A stretch of 58,345 nucleotides of DNA, taken from the NCBI GenBank assembly GCA_003344405.1, contig NOWV01000302.1:1-58345 (forward strand), in the 5' to 3' direction. Positions within the stretch are counted from its first letter, which is position 1. Each line of letters starts with the position of its first letter. The stretch comes from Trichoplax sp. H2. Taxonomy: Eukaryota. Under the pieces are notes generated by a model. The model was not told the DNA's origin. It made no database searches and saw only the letters and a program-made list of their open reading frames with translations. A program made the position numbers and the translations under genes. Shown one piece after another: positions 30,901 to 43,884 of the stretch.

Positions 30901-33900
30901 TATGATTTCTAGGATATATAACGATTTTTTATCTGTATCTTTCCAGTTAGAAATGAATTACCGGCAATTTTGTAGCGTGTATACCACTTATGAATCCACA
31001 AATAGATAGTGTCATAGCCAAAGCCAAATTAAGGTGAATAAAATTCTTTACCGTATGCAATTTTCTATATAAAATTTTAGTAAACTCGTCTTGATAAAAT
31101 TTTGTAGTAAGATTAGTCGATATTCAGTATAGATCAAGATAGATCTGTCAAGAATTTTACAAATATTAGGTGATATTCATAGTCTACTTCATAAATATTG
31201 TATTATCAGCAGCAAGAATAATGTCATCTTACGATTATTTGGGCAAATTAACCATGAATACAATTATTTATGCTAATATCTAATTAACCCTTGCTAGATT
31301 TACTTGTAATCATTATTTTGACTTATTATAATTCCTTTCTATATTATGTTTATATTTTCGAGCATAAATAACTTATAGGCAGCTACTATGCATTGAAATA
31401 ATTGATGATATGATAGGCCTCACTAATCCATAATTATGATATCTATAATTATAGCATTCCTTCTCTATTTCTCTAGACAATTCAATTCTACAATCTCAAT
31501 CTTGTCGTCATTAATGCGGCACCAATTACTGTTTAGCAATTATTATCTTAGCAGATCCCTTACTTGTTAGTATATCTCGCTATGCTATGCTTTACAAACT
31601 TAGAGAAGATCTTGTAACTCATGACTGTTAACGTTTAAAATGTTTAGAAGTAACACTTGGATAAACTGTTAAAACTAGATCGTACTACAATATATTTGTC
31701 ATCAAAGAATTTGTGGTCTATGCTCTCAGCATAATCTATTATCAATTAGCAAAGAAATTACTTCTTATCTGAAACCGACGATTAAGCCTATCCAATATCT
31801 ATATTGATAGCCTATTTATTAACTATCATACTAACCTGCTGCTAATTATTAGTGCCATCATGATCAGTAGAGCAAATAGTGAAATAGAGTAGCCGATATA
31901 AGTAATGATGCGAAGGTTAGTATCATGGAATTCAGTAAGAGCCTACAGCCAAAGCATAATCAACTACGTTAACATATATTAATGAGTTTTAAATATGCAT
32001 CAAAATGAGTATATTTAAGTATAAATCAGCTCGCGGCAATTCCTATCACGTTTAAACTATTTCTAATTTATCTATAAGATCAAGTATTTTGAATTTTTAC
32101 CTTAGAATTTTGCATAAGGATCGCAAAACTCGTAAAATGAACTGTTATGCAGTGAATTGTGGTTGAATTATAATCTTTTAATTTCATTCCATATTCTGAC
32201 CATCGACTTTACCACGTGGCAATGCATTAATAAAATAAGAACAGTATATAATACATAGAAATATATTAATAAGGCAAGTCTTGATCCTGAGATTAAATGC
32301 TAACATTTCTAGTTTGTTGCGATACAAGTAGGTAATTCAGGTAGCTAGTTTATCTTACGTTTTTTCCCAATATGCACATCGATAGGGTGGATTTCGCTAA
32401 AAAGATAACTCTCATAATGTTATTAATGAATCAATATTAACATAATCACTGTATTGTACTAATTAGGTTACTAACTTGTTGATGGTGTAGATTGAGGTAA
32501 AGATGAACAGGCAAAGCAAAATTCTTGTCTTTGTACGGATAAACGGAGCAAGATAAAACACTGGAAATAATGACACTATACGAAAATTTTATAGCGTCGT
32601 TTCAATATTAAACACAATGAAATTTTTATGACTTGAGAGGATAGAAAATTTTACAAGATTATAATCGATCTACGTTTATTAATTGTACAGGAACCACACC
32701 TGTCGTTATTTTCAGAAATATTGTTTTCCGTCCAATTATTACGGATATTATACGATCGTACTACCAAAGTTACAGTATCATCTAAAAAATATTTATAAAG
32801 TTATAAGCAAGAGCTCTGTTGTTAAGTGTGGTAATAGAATAATTTAAGTGCAGCTTGTTTGCCTGGTTGTTTTTTTCTCGCGTCAATTAAGATACATTAG
32901 CGAATAAGCTAGAATATTATCTATACATGATAGTTTTAAATATTACTAATGTTTCTTATTAATAAGGGAGATACTAGGATATTTCATATCTAGAATATGT
33001 TTAGAAGTGTTCGTTACCTTGACCCAGAAAACGAAAAGCCGCTTTAGGAATCATCACTTTCGCAACAGATTTATTAGATAATGAGAAAGCGAGGTTGACG
33101 ATTGATTTAGTGTCCGATGCTGAAATCGTTTGAATAGCTAATTCTAACACAGTAAGAAAAGTAATAAGCAGAAATGGGTTAAATAATAAAAACAACAGTA
33201 AAGAGCTAGGATAATTAAGTCACTTGATAGAATTATTTTAAGTTGGTACATCTAAATTCAACATACAACCAGTTCCATAATGACTTAAAGATCACATAAA
33301 TCACTAGGAAATTTATTTTTAGGCATTGAAACGCCATTTATTAATGATCTATAGACGGTATCGTAATATTTAAAGAAACTTTTTGATATTTTTAAAAATT
33401 TTTTACTTGTAGTATGCGAATACCATGGCTTTGATGACATTTATATTATATTAAATGATTATCGGTACCTGACTCGGGTGTCGATATGATTAACCTCATA
33501 GTAATATTGGCTTGGTGAATTTCTCTTGCTAAATCTGCATCAAGTTTATCGATTTGCTCAAAGATGAAGCCAGGGTTCTAAATAAAGATATACAGATGAA
33601 TCTTGCGTAATAGTCTACCATTTTGAATTTTACATATCCTGATACTTGAGAAGTACGCGGTCACGTCATTTAAACCAGTAAAGAGAAACTGATTTTTCGG
33701 AGGTAGTTTAAACTAAATTATGAATTTTGAAAGTTCGAACAGAGAACTTTCAAAATGCATCATTACCTATGGTATATTCAAGTATGTTTTATTTACCGTA
33801 TCTACACCATTGATGAAGTTTGCAATAAGCTGGTTGCAAATCGTTTGTATCCTATTAATCTATATATCAAAGGCATCCAATATTTTTAGCTTTCACATTA

Positions 33901-36900
33901 AAATTAAGTCCTAATCTAATTATAGAACAAATTATTCAACTTCATTATCACAGCTATCTTGATTTAACTACTGACAGATCATTATTACATATTCTAAAGA
34001 GTCAAAAATCATGATACATGCAAAAACTCTAGAATAAATTGCTGTTAATAGACTCATGCTTAAATATCTTATTTCTAACGATTTATATGCGGTATTCTCT
34101 TTCCTATACTAAATGACATCAAATGCATTATTAATAACCATTTTATTGATCTTCGTAGGATATGCAAAATAGCTTCCATTATTCGATAATGGTGGCTGGT
34201 TTGATGTGATGCTTGCTGTGACTATCAAATATATTATAACCCGAGTTAGAATAAAAAAGCGATAATATACACAACAAATTGATAGCTAAGTATTAGAAAA
34301 AATTTTATACGACTAAAGTGGGTTTATAGTGAGCGTTAGCAGTTGATATTTCAATTCAGAAAATTTTGAGTGTGCTATTCTACTAACTTATTACAAAAGT
34401 CCTTTGTTAGAAAATAGGGTTCTGCTACAATTTTTTAATTTCATTTAGAAAAGCTATTGTGATATATACCGATCACGAAATTCCAAATTTTAGAAAAATA
34501 AGGGCTTTATTGAATCTTATACAATGATTAACTTCACACAGCTCTACTTTAGCCGAATACTACTACTAAAGACTTCTACAACGAACTAACTGAATAATCT
34601 AAAGTTGCATGCTTTTATACTTTTCGTAGCATTCGCAGCTACAATCCGCATGGCAACCTTTTACCTTATTTTACACATAGTTAAACTATTCTTAGTTCCA
34701 CTATTCTACTGCGGACCATCATTAATCCGATATGGATACGACTACAGTATTTATGTAGACATTATTCACCTCAGCCAAAGTACAATGAATTAACCATATC
34801 CTAATATATGATTTACGGTTCTATTTTTACCTATAACCTTATTAGTAACTCAACACCTTACTGTATATAGTCATCTGTTCTCTAGAATAGAGTCTATACC
34901 ACTACAGTCTACTGTATAGTTATAGCTACCAAATATCTCTTAGGATAAATATCTACCGTACATTATACTAAGCATGGCTAACAGTCTACAATCATAATAC
35001 CAAGTTACATTACAGCTATCAAACCCTTTCTTTAGATTAGACCGTTACTCGCATTTTGGTATGCATAATCTAAGTCGACTGGTGCAGTATAAGAGAAATT
35101 ATTAAGTGTCGGAGTGTAAAATCTTAAAATCTTACACCAATCGATAGTATTGAAAAGAACATAGTTAACTTTTCTATAGTAATCTATATCAAACACAGTG
35201 CAAAGATGACGATTTATCGCCTCAGCAGAGTAGCACTATGAATAATATTACTTTGTATACTATCTCTATCGTTAAATAAGAACATTTTCATAGTTAAAGA
35301 CTCCGTTTTCAGTCTTTATTACAATGACCTTCGAAATAGGATCGAAAATTCGATAGTATGCAGATTATCATGGTTATAGCAACAACTTTATTGCTCTTGC
35401 TAATTTTTAAATTTAGGATATCGTAAGTATATCATAATCGGTCTTGGAGTTATAAATCTATCGAGGATATGATAATGTGAAAAATTAACGGAATTACGAA
35501 ATAGTATCAACTACCATATAAAAGATATAATTTATACACTACGAGCTCTGAATTCAATTAGCCGTAAATAATCTTATGGTTACCTTTATTGGAGGATATT
35601 AATGAGGATGAATCATTTGTGCTAGCTGAAGTAATACTTGTAGTTAGTACTTACGAACGACATCTTATTGATAGAATTTATACATAATTCTATTCATACG
35701 GTACTAATACAAAGTGTGAAAGACGGCAAAGCTTGAATAGAAATGAGATTGGAATGCAATGAAGCTTGAACTCATTACCGTTCTTAATGTATACTAGTAG
35801 AATTACATTCGTAATGAAGAACATATTGGATCGAAGATTATTTAAGTACTTTTTGTACTATTCGATAATATAACACGGCATCAAATGTGATGTTCTAATA
35901 GAACTGAAATGTAGATAAATTATTCATACCTGTTCTTGATGATAATAAATTTTCTGGCGTATATGAGCTAAGATCGGAATCAGATAGGGTGGGAGTTAAC
36001 AAAATTGATTTGATAATAGTTACTATATTTGCGACAATTGAGTGGGAGCAATCATGTAGTATCGAATTTGACGATAAGTGCTGATAGACAGCGGCACTGC
36101 TTTCATCAATTACACTTGTAGCTGTAATAGAGACATAATTTGTGCCAATATTATCTAGTAAAGTAGGAATGAAATGTCAAGTGCATGGCCTAAAATTGAT
36201 ATTTAGTAAAGAAAGAACTACTTTTTCTCGTTATCAATCAAATCAATAAATTTCTGTTTGTAATTGAGCTAGTATGTGATTCGAAAGTAATAGAAACTCT
36301 CTACTGGAATTGATTCATTATACCTGTACCTTTTATCAAGATAATATCAGAATTACTATCCGTCCATAAACTAGTTTGAACTGACCAATTATGAGTATCT
36401 AAACTCTCTTCATCTCTTTTGATTGTTGTTGTAGTCGGATCAGTATTTACAATGTCAACCATAGTCGGCGATAAAATGAATGATGACAACGAATACTTAA
36501 ATGCGTTTGATTTTCTGTTAAAATTTGAAATAGTAGAAACAGGAAAAAGTGGTCCACTCGATGTTGTTACTGTTATAACGTTAAAAACATTGCTTGCTAT
36601 AGAGCTGATAATTTGGTTATCCATGGCTGAAACTGACGATGAAATAGTTAATATTAACGGGCTATCTTCATAAATGCTAGAGTTGATACTGGAGCCTGAA
36701 GACACTAGCAATTGCAGTCCACTGGCCGTCATAGTTGCTGTTATGCTGCTAGCCAAATCATTAACTGATAAACTAGACGATAGAGCTAGATAATAATTAG
36801 GTACAGTGAAATTTTTTTCACTGTTTAATACAGTATTTGTCGTTAAAATGATATTTAGATTATTATTAACGGAGAAAACTGACGAGGAAGCGGATGATAT

Positions 36901-39900
36901 TAATAGATTCTCATACAAACCGGAGCTACAGCTGTGAATGTTCGAAGCTGTAGGAGTGAGTAACTCTAATTCCTCGGTTATAGTGGATACTGGAGAGTTA
37001 GAGTTACTGAGTATAGTAGTTGATGGCAATGAAAGATTTAAATCGCTAGTAGCAACGTCAATTTGTGAATTAGTCCAGGTTGTTAACTCTAACTGGCTCG
37101 TAGAAGTCGTTGCTGAAAGGATAGTATTATCGGATAAAGTAGATGATGCTATTGGCGAATTGAGTTCGGTAGTACTAACATCCAATCGCGAAGAAATCGA
37201 AGCCAGTTGCTCTGATAAGTTAGCAATAGCTAACGTTGAAGCAATGACGTTACTAGATAAAGTAGATGATGTTAGTGAAGAATTTAGTTGGATAGTAGAA
37301 ACTGTAGAACTTGTTGAAGTTATGCTATTAGCGACTGAAGAAGAAACTTCACCAATTGGCTTCTGACAAACATATCGATAAAAATCGTTACAACTGCCAT
37401 CACGCCAGATAAACAATAATAAGATATCAGCTAGGTGCACACATCTATAGAATTTATTTGTTGGATATAAGGACATCCAAAATTGTGGACCAGTAGTAAC
37501 ACTTTGATTGGTTGCTAGCCAGTGATAGTCGCTGACGACGTTATCTCCCACTAAATCTTTCAATCCAATCCAGTAACGTACGTTAACATGTAATATAAAA
37601 TATAAACCATTATGAGTAGCATAGGAATCATCAACTGCTAAATCGCCACCAGGAAACCCTTGACAGGCTCTTCGAGCGTTATCGAATGTATTCGATCCTT
37701 CGGAAGGTTTAAAACAACGATTACTGATTTTTGTCCATCCATTATCACATTCCTCTGTTTTAGTGAAAGATAATCACGATGAAAAATATAAATTTAGTAT
37801 TTTCTACTGAGCTGAAGTATGAAATAAATTATCGTTAATCGATTTCATAATTCTCTATTTTAATTTATAGCATCCAAATATCACTTGCAGCCAATTTATA
37901 GGACAGATAAATAATTTTTATTCTTAGATTCTAGTCACTGTCTGGTTGCAATTTTGAATTTACTAGTTGCTAGCTAGTAGCTACTGGGTTACGCATCAGT
38001 TTTCATATCAACTAGTCTCGGTCTGTAATTGTACTCTAAAATATAGCTCACTCTTGTTATTAAATGGAACTATAAGGAGATATAGAGAGAAGCCAAGTTA
38101 GATAGTTGACTGAAATTAGATTGAAATGCATTCTTGTCATGAGTACGCATAACGTTATTCTTAAATTTTAAAACAAAACCTTAATCATAGCCATCAATCT
38201 ATTACTAAGGTGATTTTCTCCTAGCCTGAATTATAACTGATTCAGATACACTTATATAATACAATTTATATTTTTTTATACATCGGAATTGATATTTATC
38301 TAGTACGCATAATCTGATTTCTTAGATTTTGAAACAGTATCTTTATCATAGCTATTAGTCCATTACTAAGGTGTTCTGTTCCTAGTCTTAATTATTACTG
38401 ATTCAGATCCATTTTAATTTACTATTTATCTTAGGATACGTATTCTGGTACAGTAATATAGAAAGAACCCAAACTACGTTATTTTTAACGAAATTCCATG
38501 CTAGCTTTACATATACTACATTAAGAAACTTGAGAATCAACATGATATTAACGTTGAATTATGATGATAGCCACAAGATATGTTAAATAGCTACCACGAT
38601 AGACGGCTTCTATAAATAATTAGTATAACTAACTCTTTTCATAATCGCTCCAAATATCATAATAAAAGTATTACATTTTTGTTGATTAAATTTATCAGTT
38701 TTACTCTTTGTTAAATTATGCCAAAAAGAAAATGAATTATTCACAATTGAAGTAGTTATATTTTTATGATACTATACATTAATTAATTCTATAATTTATT
38801 CATATCGCGCTATATTTTGCTCATTTTCTATTTTATCTTTTAATCAATAGTCTTACTAACCTTCAGCTTTCATGGGAGTTAATATTACACAGAGAATCTA
38901 AAATAGATAAAAATGTAGCTGTAAATTTTCTTCAAATTAAAATAGACATCAAACAGTCAATCTTGTTGTTATTGCTTTAATACATTAATTCTGTCATGAT
39001 TAGCTTTTTTATACTTAGATACAATAAACAGGTTTGGAAAATTCCATTTGTTTTGATACTGAATGAATAAATCTTATAATTATTTCTTAAAATATATTAT
39101 CGATTACGCAAACCGAGAAATATGTAGATTGCGTGACTGCGATTTTTGATTTTCCTCAATACGTGCGTCAAGTGTATCCGTGACTTCGCTGGAATTTTTA
39201 TCAGACGTCTTATCAAATTTATATCAGCAATTTAATGTCTCTATCATAGCTGATAATAATGTAAGAGTAATCAAGGTGTAGTAATTATTAGCGATTTGAA
39301 AGCAGAAAAATTGAATTCCTAAATTGGAACGTAATCAATTATCAACTTTAAATGCCACTAACATTAAATTGAAGAAAAATTTTCTGTTAGGCTACTGTCA
39401 CGTAAGGTAAGGATAGTAACTTACGAAAAGCCTTCTAATCAAGGAGCTAGAAAACATTAGAATAGAAAAGTTCCTGGAATTTGATGATATTCTAATCTGC
39501 AGTATATTCTTCTTTACTATCAGTATCAATATGAATTTTCCCTATTAGTTGTGAACTAGGATACTAGCAGAGTAAATGGGTACACTATGGGCAATAAGCT
39601 ATGAGAAAGCATGCATGCCAAAAATTCGTTTTGCTAACACATCAAAATAAAATTTAAAAACAAACGGACATAAAATAATTTTCTTATCATTTCTATGATA
39701 CTTTTTTCTCAATTAAGTTATGATAAGTAACGACCGACTATCGGTTACGACATAAGATAACAATAGTAAATGCGTATATACTAAAGATTTGTCGCTAATA
39801 TATCTCATTACAGGCTCTTTCTACGCAAAGAAATACATTAGAATTGAAATTAAGAATAGTTGTAGATAGATACAAATTCGTTCTAGTCATGCCTTTGATA

Positions 39901-39992
39901 TCAGTTACTCTCTTCGTCAGCTTTAAATAAAAAGACACATATTAGACAAATCTTGTATCATTAATTACCAAAATAATATTCGCTAGGTCCAT
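27914..39992 (-). CDS. Adhesion GPCR paralog B (CTLD + Ser/Thr stalk + GAIN/GPS + 7TM)
   Basis: Exon 1 39992-39969 (MDLANIIL); exon 2 38897-38861; CTLD/stalk exon from 37754 (ECDNGWTKISNRCF...YWIGL...WRDGSC...YVCQK) to a donor at 36330 or 36324; 36154-35930; GAIN exons; GPS exon 32206-32101 (HCITVHFTSFAILMQ); intact TM exons at about 31.94-29.02 kb; microexon 28179-28161; last exon 27989-27914. Intactness depends on splicing out the TAG at 36303-36301. Confidence 0.88.
34465..35015 (-). repeat. Dispersed repeat family R1, copy 2 (inverted; intron of B)
   Basis: Reverse complement of copy 1 and of 58050-58345 (e.g. CCATCATTAATCCGATATGG, CTGTATATAGTCATCTG). Confidence 0.88.
38142..38408. repeat. 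Diverged local direct duplication in intron 2 of B
   Basis: AGTACGCATAA...ATTACTAAGGTG...ACTGATTCAGAT occurs at 38142-38248 and 38302-38408. Confidence 0.8.
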
Positions 39993-42354
39993 TTGCCAAG
40001 ATAGAAATGAAGTTGTTCCAATACCAGTTAAAAATATAAAAACAATAACGATAGACACTTATCGAAATAGCACTTTCTATCCTCGTTTCTAAAAACTTAC
40101 AATGTATCGATAACCTAATGATATTGCTTTTGTTTCAATTGTTGATTGATTTTAACTATCACCAGTTGTACTATTATTTTGATTAATTATGTACTTCAAA
40201 TACAAAAGTTTCCTATGAGTTCATATAATGTAACAATAGTTATTTAGAAGATTATGACAGAATTTCTGTTTTATCTCTCCATAATACGACTGGTATTCAT
40301 CAATTTCTTATGGAGATGTTCAATAATGTGTTACTTAGAATGAACTAGCACAATTTTATTACAAAGAAATGTACAAGTATATATATAAGATATACCTTAT
40401 CGATGTCACAATATTTATTTCTAATAGTACATAGATCATAATGATTAAAATCTATAGTATAGTCAATAAAGTTCTTAAATTTTGATCTAGCCTTCTTCAA
40501 AGTCTAAAATTTTATTTCATTTTGAACTGATTATAATGATTTGAAATGATTCAGTTATGAATTAAAAATAGATAACTGATAAAATTTTGAGCAGCAATAT
40601 TTTAACGAGCATACATGTGTTGTATATTATGAATATTGTTCCATAATAAATCTGATTTTGAAATGACTCATCATGATGGGAAACAATCGATTAATCTTCT
40701 GATTTTAACACATATTGATCAATTATTCATAATGATAATTATGCTTATAAATTATTATGTTTAGATAACAAATTTGATGATGAAAATCATATGCGAAACG
40801 GCTTAGCTATCATTGTCCGCCTTATTCCCGATTCTGATAGTGCAGATATATTATATTATCAGTATAATAAACGAATAATTTAAAGCGATAGCAATGTCTG
40901 AATGCATGATTTATCACTACTTGCTATATCATATTCCATACGCTTTTCCATTCTCCATCTTAACAGCTTGCTCATTTAAAATTTTACACTGACACTCTAT
41001 TAACTTTAACGAGTAAAATTGGAACATCCACGAGAATTATTTCTTAAAAGAAGTTTCACGCTCACTACAAAGTAAAGCCTTAATTAACTCTGAAATCTCT
41101 TTTATATGCAATTGTACTCATTTTATCAAAGAATTAATTAACAGTGTCTATATTATTTATTACGATCAAATGATGATTTACGAGATGTAATTCAGCTCTA
41201 GACTGTTATTAAAACGTTAGATTTTTACTCATTGACTTCTTGTACTTCAGGTACCTTACTCGTTCTTACTGTTATGAATGCAAAGATTTAGACCATTAAT
41301 GAACTCTAGCGTATCTAGATGATTTCATGTTCCTAATATGTCAGTGTAGATTATAAAAACCGAGGTTGAACAGTTTATGTCGGCATAATCCGTGTCTTAA
41401 GACATGTTAGCAAATTTAAAAATGACTCTTGTGTTTGTTTTTACAGTGCTATCTTTGTAGCCGTACGCTTATCCTTTCCTGACAGTATAGGGTAAGATTT
41501 GTGCGAATATTTGTATCTATGTCACAATCCTCGCTGGCGACAAAGATTTCGTAAAGAAATTCTCGTGCAAGTATTATAACTTGAGCCACTTCCCCAGTAT
41601 TTTCAGTCTATATGCGGGTGATAAACGCCGGTGTTAAGTAGCAAAATGTAATATAATCTATCTCTATTTAAACTACCCAATCGATCTATGACGATGCACT
41701 ATCGTTGGACAACACAGTAATTTACTAAATTAATGTATAAAAGGGAAAGGGTTCCGTAAGTAATATTCGTCGATAACGAAGTTATTTTTAAAATAAGGAA
41801 TGTCCTAGCTGTATATCATACTTTATAAGATTACTTAAGGTGAACAATACCTTCTATAATTATTATACGCCGGTTAGACATGTGTTTTTAGAAGTGTGTT
41901 TACAAATAATTATTGTTGTTTAATTAAGGATATTAAGGTTAGTATGAACTATTATTAGTTGTTGCTATAATAAATAATTATATGTTCGATGCCACAGGCA
42001 TGATAGTTGATTTAGGTAAGAGGTGATGGTAATTTAGAATTATATAAGAGCATACATTTATGTGTTTATCTACTTTATGAAGCCTCAATTAAGACTTGTA
42101 TGTTCGATAACAAATTGTTTACTAGCAGGCTTTACTCTATATAATAGCAAACTCTTTGAAAACACTTCCATAACTTCTAGTTAAAATATTTATTTGTGAC
42201 CTGCATTAATCAGTAAATCAATAAATTAATTAATTATTTTTACAAATTTAAAACAACCTAAATTGATAGACGAGCTGCGTGCGGAAGATAAATTAATACG
42301 ATAGCTAACGTACTCTCTGTAATGGCTCTTATTATAATTTAGATTATTGGGGTA

Positions 42355-43884
42355 CATATCTGGCTTAGAAGCTTATAAATCATAATATCATCTTTCTACA
42401 TCTGTTACCAGATAACTACTAGATTGTATAAAATTGGAAAAATACTGCCTTATAGGAATGTAATATATTCACCAACAATACTGGATAGTAATCAGGCGAT
42501 TGACGTTCATGCTCTCCATCCGGAATCAGTACCATAGAAGTAGGATAAGTACTACACTGAACCGCGTAAATCTCTAGGTATCACGAAAGTATTATTTAGT
42601 GATGACCAATAGCATCCTTTTTACGATTGGTTGACAAGACTAGATGATCACATGCCGAAATCGAAATTGAAACACTAAATCTAAGAAAAATTTAAGCCAT
42701 AAATGATAAAGTTTAGAAACGTGCTCTATCTAGAAAATTTTTTTTGAGGCATCAATATAATCAAATATGGGCTAAATGTAAATAAAAATATCGACACTAT
42801 TCTAGTAGCAATAATTAATTTAATACTTGTCACTAATTAATATTAATTAGCAACTCCATACCGAAGATGTATTTTAATACGATCACTAAGGCAACTTTCT
42901 GTAAAGACTCTTATTATAGTTCTGTAATAAACAGCTTTGCATCAAGATAACGTACCCGGTAATGTACGATCAATAAGTCAATTTCCTGAAGTACGTATCA
43001 GGAAATAATATCTGCACTATCAGGAACACTTCTTCACCTACTAGTAGACAACACGAAGACTTAAATACCTCGTATTTTACGTTAAATATTCATCTTAAGA
43101 GCTAATTTTATTATACGGCATACAGCATTTATATATCTTTTTATAATAGTTCAGGAGTCCTAGTTAGTACGATTAACTTTGAAGCTATTCAATAAATTAG
43201 AAGCTAATTTTATCTACTGCTACATAGTAAAGACAACAGTATTTACTAACGTAGATATCAAGTGACTAATACAAAATAGTAAGATTGCAACATGTTCTAT
43301 CACGGAGCATTTCCATAATAATGTACAATCTGTTCTAAGTAAGTTACGATCACTGTGAATTTAACATAGATATCTCTACTCCAATCTCGACAATACACTA
43401 TATAACTGTAACAAGTTCAAAATATTCGAGCTCATATCCGGCTTAGAAGCTTACAAATTATAACCTCATCTATCTATAGCATTTACTAAATAACTCCTAG
43501 ACACTGGGCAAATCCGATGAATACTCCCATATAGGAATATAATGTATTCATCAACAATACTGCATAGTAATCTGGTGATGGACATTCACACTTTCCATCC
43601 GGAATCAGTATCAAAGAAGTAGGATAAGTGCTGCACTGAACCGCATAAAATTTCTAGGTATCACAAATATTATTTTAGTGATGACTAACAGCATCAGTTT
43701 TACGGTCGGTTGACAAGACAAAATGATCGCAAGCCAAAATCGAAGTTGAAACACTAATAGTAAAAAATTTAAGCCATAAACAATAACATTTAGAAACATG
43801 TCCCGTCTAGAGAATATTTCGAGGTATTAATGTTATCCGCTATAGATCAAATACAACTAAATAACGAAACTATTCTAGTAGCAA
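42355..43884 (-). repeat. Local direct duplication (about 460 bp; about 42355-42812 and 43433-43884) carrying the terminal exon and 3' UTR of paralog C
   Basis: The two blocks align by eye at an offset of about 1.08 kb. Both contain an intact 79-nt terminal exon (42674-42596 and 43753-43675). Confidence 0.92.

Noticed and set aside
41430..41500. Plus-strand splice-like signals between C and B
   Set aside because: Isolated; no open, recognisable exon chain.
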